Below, one piece after another: positions 56,906 to 64,000 of a stretch of 64,000 nucleotides of DNA. Each line of letters begins with the position of its first letter. Position 1 is the stretch's first letter. The notes beneath the pieces are model-generated. The model was not told the origin of the DNA. It did not search any database and was given only the letters and a program-made list of their open reading frames with translations. The DNA lies in NCBI GenBank assembly GCA_963575745.1, contig CAUYUJ010000001.1:2356001-2420000 (forward strand), read 5' to 3'. This stretch comes from Prorocentrum cordatum (taxonomy: Eukaryota). The position numbers were made by a program, and so were the translations under genes.

Positions 56906-57339
56906 CCTGCGTGCACCACCACAGTGCGCGCGCGCCCGCCTCGGTGGGGCTCTCCGCTTCCTCGGGCCTCCTCGGGGTGGCGGCCTCCTCTCCGCTTCCT
57001 CGGGCCTCCTCGGGGTGGCGGCCTCTCGCCGCCGCGGCCAGCTCCGCCTCGAACAACGGCGGCGACGACGACGACGACGCCGTCCTCGTCGCCCAGCGGC
57101 GATCGCCGGCGCGCGGGGAGGGGGCGGCGCCGAAGGAGAGGGCGGCCCTCCCAGAGGGCCTCGCCGCCCCGCCCGAGGGGCTCGGGGAGGCCTCCCAGAG
57201 GGCCTCGCCGAGCGGCCCCCTCCCCGGAGGCCTCCCCGAAGGGCCGCGGACGGCCCCCGAGGGGGCCCCGGAGGCTTCCCGGAGGGCTTCGTGGCTCGGC
57301 CCGCTGCCCACGGCGCCTCTCCGAAGGGGCTCGGGGTCT

Positions 57340-57510
57340 CCCTCCTCCTCCTCCTCCTCCTCCTCCTCCTCCTCCTCCTCCTCCTCCTCCTCCTCCTCCT
57401 CCTCCCCCTCCCCCTCCTCCTCCTACTCCTCCTCCTCCTCCTCCTCCTCCTCCCCTCCCCCTCCCCCTCCCCCTCCCCCATCCTCCTCTCCCTCCCCCTC
57501 CTCCTCCTCC
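57340..57510. repeat. (CCT)n microsatellite, continued at 63503-63620 beyond the LINE
   Basis: Seen directly. Confidence 0.95.
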
Positions 57511-57540
57511 TGCGTAGTTGGGGGCGCCTGGGGTTCATCC

Positions 57541-59770
57541 TCACGTGCAGAGGCCACCGCACGTTGGGCGGGCCACCTGAAACCTCACCGCCCTGAGCAC
57601 GCTGGATTGCGTGACTGGCGGGATCACAGGCGCTGACACAGATACGAGAGGGCGCAAGGCATTGAACAAGAAGTAGGCAGAGACAGGGGCGGTGAAAGAG
57701 GCGCGAGAGGGGGAAAGGACGCCGAGGCGAGCGAGAGGACGGGCGTCAAGAGGGTGTCCAACAACTTCTGTGAGGAGCCTCAGGAAACAAGGGCACTTCC
57801 AGTAGTGCCGAAATCTGTCAGCACATTCTGGACATCCGAGCATGCACGGAGTGGACTTCTGAAATCGACTGTCAGCAATCCAGGCAGCGGCGAGAGTTTT
57901 CAGCACGGCAGCGCGCCAGGAGGGAGGGAGAGAGAGAATCTCGGCACGGCAGCGATCCCAGCCAATTGTCTCGATCTCTTGCAGTGACTCTGGGCATCCT
58001 CTGCGCAGACGAGCCTTGAACATCGTGGTCAGGTTATCGGGGAAGAGGGAGTGCAGGAGGGACAGATAGAGAACACGTTGGGGATGAAGAACTTTCGGAG
58101 GAAGGAAAGGGTGAACGGCAACATGGTCTCGCAGCGCACGGAGAGCCGTCCTACCAGGGATCCTGCAAGTCGGGGAATCCTGAAAGCCTAGATCAGCCTG
58201 TTGTAGATTTTGAGCGATAGGGCGGGACCGCCAAAATTTCGGGCACCAGCGGCGCCCTCCTTCAAGATCGGGATAACCAGAAACGATAGTGACGAGCGGG
58301 AGCTCGGCCCACGCGGTTTCATCCAAAATCCCCATACAGTCACGCCAGCACGGGAGGGTGTATTTGCAAGAGCGCATCAGAGATGCAAGGCAAAGGGCGA
58401 GGACAGAGGTCGTTTGGGGTCCACCCCGGTCCTTGAGGCGGTGCCAGTCGGCGTTCGCCCAGCATCGAAATGGTGTCTTAAATAGACGGGCCAGCTGCTG
58501 GTACTCTGACTTGCGGAGATGAGGAGGGATGATCATGAACTGGGCGACGTAGGATAAGACCGTGACGGCACGACGGCGATAGAGCAAAGCGGTGACCTCA
58601 GTCGCAGAGCCACCAGCAGCTATCATGGCGCAACGAGACTGGTACTTGCTGAGCGGGGCGTGCCACGAGTCCCATTCGACGTCAGGTCCTAGAAACATCC
58701 CGAGGTACTTGAGTTTGCCCGAGATTCCCATGGAGGTCCATTCCCCAAGGTGAGAGCTAAGCCAGAGGCGATACTGGTGAATGACTTCAGGGGATGCTGA
58801 ACCAATAAGCGGGACAATGTGGCACTTCGGGATCTTGAGCTTCAGATGCGCCAGTCTCTGAGCCTTCGGGAAAACCGCCGAGATCTCACTTCGGCGCCAT
58901 GCCGATGTCGTCGGCGCAAGCTCTCGTATGGCCGCGGCCCGTGCCGCCCACCACGGAGCGAAAGTCTTGGAGAAAGGGATCGAGGGCGAGGCTGAAGAGA
59001 AGCCCGGAGGCCGGGCAGCCCTGTGCGATACCAGCGGTAATGTGGTACATAAAGCTCGTGACCCCACCAATGTTCCCCCAACACGTGACGTTATCATAGA
59101 TAATCTGGTAGAACCACCGAAGGAGGAGGGAGGGCGAGGGCGTCGAGCACCAGCATCAGCCATCTCCGACACAAGCTCGGGAAGGCCTGGCCGAAGTCAA
59201 AACCTATAAGCAGCGGAAGCGACGCCCTGGGACCCATTGAGTAGACCCTCGCGTGAGTGTCTAACTCCACGATGTTCGAACAAAAGTTTCTGCCCGAGAC
59301 GAAGCCACGTTGATTCGAGTCGAGTCCAGCGGGGGCGCGACGAGAGAGCTCCCAGCAACAGACCCCCGTCGTAATCTTACAGTCCGTATTTTTGAGGCCG
59401 AGAGGCCGAGTATCCCCAACGTCCCGAAAAATGCCGCCTTGATCGCCAACTTCCGTGCCTTTGGGGATGTAAACTCCCAGCAGCTCGTTGAAGTTGAAGG
59501 AGAGCGAGAAGCCAAACAACATGGCGGAACCTTGCGGGGCGTGCTGCCGCGCAGCATATCTAAGACGGTCGGGCCCAGGGCCAGAGTCGGACTGCCTCCG
59601 AAGGTAGCTTTCCAGGACGGCCAAGGTGGGGGGGGGGAGATCGTGGCGCGAAACTTTGGGGGCGAACTCCTGCAGGTACGCCTTCGCGGGCTCTTCTTCG
59701 AAAGGCTTGCCAGAAACGACAGGGGCCCAGTGAGCAGACAGCGCTTCAAGGACGCGGGGGGGATCCCGTC
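57541..59770 (-). pseudogene. LINE ORF2 RT and C-terminal Cys/His domain (frameshifted)
   Basis: PGPD, YIPK, RPLGLKNTDCKI, NQRGF, DFGQAFPSL, GIAQGCP, CADD, KYLG and CMLGC...HYWKC. Confidence 0.9.
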
Positions 59771-60748
59771 AAATCCCACCAGCCCTCTGGGCGTAGGTGG
59801 TCTAGAGCAGATCCTCTTCCACCCCTCCCTCTTCCCCCTTGGGGAGGGGTTTACCCCTCCCCCTACCCCCTCCCCTGGACCTGGACGGGGGGGGCCGCGG
59901 GTAGTTAGAGCGTCCCAGATGGCCCAAGACGGCTCCAAGAGCGCCTCAGAGAACCCAAGATGAGCTCCAAGATGGCTCAAGATAGCGCAAGATCGCTCGA
60001 GATGGCTCCTAAGATGGTTCCAAGAAGCCCAAAGACGGCCCCAAGATAACTCCAAGTGGCCAAACAGCTCCCCAAGGAGGCCCCGAAGAGGCCAAAATCG
60101 TCCCAAAACCTAAGGAAAATCAATGATTTTTGCTTTCTCGCCTTTCGCTTCCGATGGCCATCCGAGGCCTGGAGATGGCTCCAAGATGGCCCAAGAGGGC
60201 CCCAAGAGAGCCCCAAAAGAGCCCCAAGACGGCCCCAAGAGCGCCCAAGAGCACTCCAAGAGCGTTCCAAGAGGGGTCCAAGAGGCGATTTTAGGGGCTT
60301 CCGAGGGGGGACGCTAATTAAACCCCCCCTCTTGTTTGATCGACTCCCTCCAAGATGGCCCCAAAAGCGCCCCGAAGGCTCCCCAGAGCGCCTCAAGAGG
60401 GTCCCAAGAGGCGCCCAAGATGCCCCAAGGCGCCCAAAAAGCCCTCCAAGAGGCCCTCAAAAGACCCCCAAGAAGCTCCTTCCCCTCCTCCTCCTCCTCC
60501 TCCGATTCTTCCTCCTTCTCCGTCCTCCTCCTCCTCCTCCTCCTCCTCCTCTTCCCCCTCCTCCTCCTCCTCCTCCTCCGACGACGACGACGACGACGAC
60601 TCCTCTTCCATCCTCCCCCTCTCGGGGTCTGTGACAGCTTCCCCCGCCCTTTGTTATTCTGCATGCTCCCCGACTTCCCTGATCACCTCAACTCCCCTGA
60701 GCATCGTTTCTGGATGGGCTGGTGGGGATACGCGAAGCGTCGACAATT
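59771..60748 (+). mobile_element. 978-bp non-autonomous insertion with 4-bp TSD (CGTC), asymmetric inverted repeats and GAA hairpin
   Basis: CGTC at 59767-59770 and 60749-60752; CCCACCAGCCC/GGGCTGGTGGG; ACGC-GAA-GCGT at 60730-60740; removal restores the ORF2 frame. Confidence 0.88.
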
Positions 60749-62195
60749 CGTCCCTGGGCCCGAACTCCCGCCAGAGAGACGCGTTTGTCAAAGGGGGGCC
60801 ATAACTTGGCAGCCTTTTTCATTTTCCCCGCCCGCCCTCGAAGCCGAGCCTGGCGCTGCTCGCTACCAGCAGCAGCAGGGCTCGCTTGCGCGAGTTGTCG
60901 CCGACGCTGTGAAACTTCAGCGTGCAGCGTGTCAGAGAGCGATGCAAAGTCCAGCGGCGAGACCAGATCGACCGTGCTCGCAGCTTCGTCGTAAACGAGT
61001 TGTTCACGAGCGAGAGGGTGGGACAGGCAAACACGTTCGGGGAGGCGCACATCTTGCCGAAAGACAGCCCGTGCACACGTACGAAGGACAATGAATTTGG
61101 CGTCGAGCGACTGCGGCTTGTGTATGATAAGCGAGTTTCGAGCATGTCGGGCTGCTTCTATCATGAGTTTCTTAAAGTATGCGTGTCTGAGAGGTGCGCT
61201 AAGATGTTCATATTCAGCAGCAGCAAGTGCACGAGGCATATACCATGCAAATTCGGCCGAACGAAAGATCTCACGCGGGATAGGTCGGGCATCTTCAGGC
61301 GGCCGCTGACGAGCAACAAGAGTCGCACAGACTGCAGCAAGGTCAGATATGTGTTTCGCTAGGAGCTGTTCTGGGATCCCCACCGCCTCCCCGCTGGTAA
61401 CCATCTGCGATGACACCCGCCCAGGAGCAGAGCAGAACAACCGATCGATATAGGATAAGCGCTGTACCCCCGCATGATAATGAGTAGGTGCTTCTAGCTG
61501 AAACTCGACCATCTTACGAAGAACTTCGCGCCACTCGGGGGCCCCTGGGACGGGCGGCGGCAGGGGGGCATTGAAAAGCTCGTCGCTCGGGTAGAGCGGC
61601 GCGGGCGGTTGCAGCCCGAAGTTAAAGTCCCCGACAAAAATGACCAGCTTATTCTGTGGGTCTCGACTAGCATCCATTAGATCGTTAGCAATACACTGAC
61701 ACACATGACGACGTTGAACACGAGAGATACTGTGATTGTGAACGTTGTAGTGAGAGATCCATGTCGGGCCATCAAGAGATGAGAAACGCGTGTGTAATAC
61801 TCGACCAGGAACCAGAGAGAGAGAAGAGACGAGGGGAGGCGCGCTGCCGAACCTCCGCTCCCGTTCACTGCTGGGACTAAACTTCGGATAGAGTGTGACA
61901 ACGCCTCCTGCTGGGCGCGGCCTGGTGATACCATCGTCGTCAAGCGCAGCTGGAAGAAAAGAGGAGGAGCAGGAGAAGGGGAGATTAGCGTGATGCAAGA
62001 AATCTCGCACCTCTGCAGTCGGTCCGTGGACTTCCTGCGCGGCCACGATTGCCCCAGGACGGAGCAGGCGTTTTAAATAGCGGAATTTCGCAGTGCGAAC
62101 GAGAGTCTGACGGTGCAACAAGGCATTCAAATTCCAAGAGCCGGTCCTCAACGGCGTCTCGGAAGATCCGCTCCAGAGAGCAAAGAACGTGCTAA
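60749..62195 (-). CDS. LINE ORF2 APE endonuclease and linker
   Basis: GSWNLNAL, AAQEVH, AGGV, VGDFN, PTH, SYIDRLF and SDL (canonical SDH). Confidence 0.9.
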
Positions 62196-63334
62196 AGAGA
62201 CCACTGGGTCTGACTGTCTCCCTGGATGGCGACAGCCAGCGGCTCCTCGATTGCTTCGCGGGAGATCTTCTCGAGAGCCAGATTCGCTTCCGCCCAGCGG
62301 ATCCGCGGCGCGTCGTCCGCCCGTGGAGTGATCTCCACGAGCTGGCGCCAGTTAGTGGAGATGGTGCCGCGCAGCTTGTCAACAAAAAACTTTTTGTCCT
62401 GAAAGCGGTTCTCAAAGAACCTCTTGGCAGCCTTGAGCGCAACTTCACGCTTGACCTGGCACTGGTTTTTGTCCGATCCGACAAAGATCTCCGAGCGGGC
62501 GCCCGAGATCGCGGGGGCAAAAAAGCGCATCCACTCTTCACCAGGACGCTGCGGGCGCAGCAGGCTGAGTGCATGCTGTGCACGGCGGGCGGCGAACTGA
62601 GAACTACCCTTGAACTTGATCGTGAACCTCTTGTCCGACGGCTCCCCCTGGAGCTCCCATTCGGACGACTCGATGTTGAGACGCTCCAGCCACGGAAGAA
62701 GGGCTCCTTGAACTTGATGTTTCGCAGTCTGCTCCTTGCAGCGGACCACGATGATGGACGCGTCGATGGCACGGTTGAACGCCGAGTCCAGCGACAACTT
62801 CGGGAAGACCGTGGGCATCTCACTGGGGGTCTCCTTGACCACGTTGAGTTCGCGCTTGAGTTGTTTGACCTCTTCATGAAGAACCTGGAGCTGCTTGGTG
62901 TGGCCGCGTTGGATAGTTTCCACTCCATTGAGACGTTGTTCGACCTGCGATGCCATCGCCGAGCATGTAGTTTGCACTCTGGTGGCCAATCCTTGAAGAC
63001 TGGAGTTGAGCGCGGACGTCGTGTTCGTGACCTGCTCGAGCAGCTCCGCACGCAAGGCCTCGATGGAGCCCTGGAGGTTGGCTGCATGGACGATCTCGAA
63101 GTCAGCGTCACCAGCGGGTGGAGGGCCAGCGCGACGCTTGTTGATACCACTTTGCTCTCCTTGGACACCACCACCCAACTCAGCACCAGGAGGGGCAGCG
63201 CCACGGACAGGAGTAGCCACTTGTGAAGACCCACCAGCGCCCACTTGCGACGGCGGGAAGGTCGGGATGTCGTCGAGGTCGATGTCTGTGGCCATCTGCA
63301 TCTGGCTCGGGATGGTGTGAACGCCATCGCCCAT
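62192..63334 (-). CDS. LINE ORF1 (coiled coil plus probable RNA-binding region)
   Basis: First ATG after the SL (GCCATGG); heptad-like VEQRLNGVE...LHEEVKQLKREL; intact. Confidence 0.85.
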   Translation of the reverse strand: MGDGVHTIPSQMQMATDIDLDDIPTFPPSQVGAGGSSQVATPVRGAAPPGAELGGGVQGEQSGINKRRAGPPPAGDADFEIVHAANLQGSIEALRAELLEQVTNTTSALNSSLQGLATRVQTTCSAMASQVEQRLNGVETIQRGHTKQLQVLHEEVKQLKRELNVVKETPSEMPTVFPKLSLDSAFNRAIDASIIVVRCKEQTAKHQVQGALLPWLERLNIESSEWELQGEPSDKRFTIKFKGSSQFAARRAQHALSLLRPQRPGEEWMRFFAPAISGARSEIFVGSDKNQCQVKREVALKAAKRFFENRFQDKKFFVDKLRGTISTNWRQLVEITPRADDAPRIRWAEANLALEKISREAIEEPLAVAIQGDSQTQWSL

Positions 63335-63480
63335 GGCTCGGAGAGAGCACTGGTGGTGCACAGGATGAGAGATCTGGAAGGTGTGCCGCGGGCAAGCCCC
63401 AAGCGATTCGAGAAATCGCTACGGAAGGGTCCAAAGCTAATCGCAACACCTCGGTTCCCCGAACCTTCGTTACGTTTAGC

Positions 63481-63502
63481 CTTGAGCCAAAATGGCTACG
63501 GA
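63481..63502 (-). other. Dinoflagellate spliced leader copy TCCGTAGCCATTTTGGCTCAAG
   Basis: Perfect match to DCCGTAGCCATTTTGGCTCAAG; followed by the LINE 5' UTR rather than an SL-RNA intron, so it is a retrocopied leader and not an SL gene. Confidence 0.97.
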
Positions 63503-64000
63503 CCCTCCCCTTCCTCCTCCTCCTCCTCCTCCTCCTCCTCCTCCTCCTCCTCCTCCTCCTCCTCCTCCTCCCCCTCCTCCTCCCCCTCCCCCTCCTCCTC
63601 CTCCTCCCCCTCCCCCTCCCTTCCAAAAGGAGCTTCGCCTCGGCAGAGCAACGCCCCGGGGGGGGGAGCGGCCCAGGGGCCCGCGACCGGCGGGCGCAGG
63701 CCTGGCGAGCACTGCGGCTGCAGCGCCCGTTCGAGATCTGGCGACGAGGGCGACTCGCGAGAGGACCTGGCGGGGCGGAGGGCGCATCGACCTGAGCGAA
63801 CTTCGTGTCTTTCAGAGCGTGAATTACCTTTTTTTTGTTAAGCTGGATCCGGCTTCAAAGGCACGAGGGTGTTTTTAAGCTGGATCTGGCTTCAAAAACA
63901 CGACGTCCTCCCATTGGAAGGCGGCGGGGCTTCTTGAGAAGCCCCCTGCCCTCTAAGAGAAGGTCCCCCCCGCCCCGCCGCGCCACCCCGCCGAAGTCCA

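Larger units (their letters stand above)
57511..63502 (-). mobile_element. Full-length non-LTR retrotransposon (ORF1 + APE-RT ORF2) starting with a spliced leader
   Basis: SL at the 5' end, ORF1, APE and RT motifs; candidate 21-bp TSD at 57490-57510 and 63503-63523 (1 mismatch, low complexity). Confidence 0.93.

Noticed and set aside
63481..63502. SL RNA gene
   Set aside because: The leader is followed by the LINE 5' UTR, not by a GT donor and SL intron.

Overview
Repeat-rich eukaryotic nuclear DNA from a dinoflagellate: a perfect 22-nt dinoflagellate spliced leader lies at 63481-63502 (- strand), and there is a probable GA-AG intron. The window holds four large retroelements and one clear host gene. 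(1) A frameshifted LINE (APE-RT-RNase H) on + at ~18918-28323, which looks circularly permuted. (2) Ty1/Copia element A on - at 28680-38358 (LTRs, CCCTG TSD, PBS), with a degenerate C5-methyltransferase-like domain between protease and integrase. (3) Ty1/Copia element B on - at 40855-51606 (LTRs, PBS, PPT), with a C5 DNA-methyltransferase domain between integrase and RT, a -1 frameshift signal after the protease, and an intact ~820-aa extra ORF (coiled coil plus RRM-like) in frame behind the pol UGA. (4) A full-length LINE on - at 57511-63502 that starts with the spliced leader, has overlapping ORF1/ORF2 frames, and is interrupted by a 978-bp non-autonomous element with asymmetric inverted repeats and a GAA hairpin. 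The host gene is a NUDT9-like ADP-ribose pyrophosphatase (-, ~15970-18500). The rest is microsatellite, MITE-like and dispersed repeats plus a few possible isolated exons. All domain calls are by-eye motif recognition; no searches were run, and most ORFs in the supplied track are spurious.
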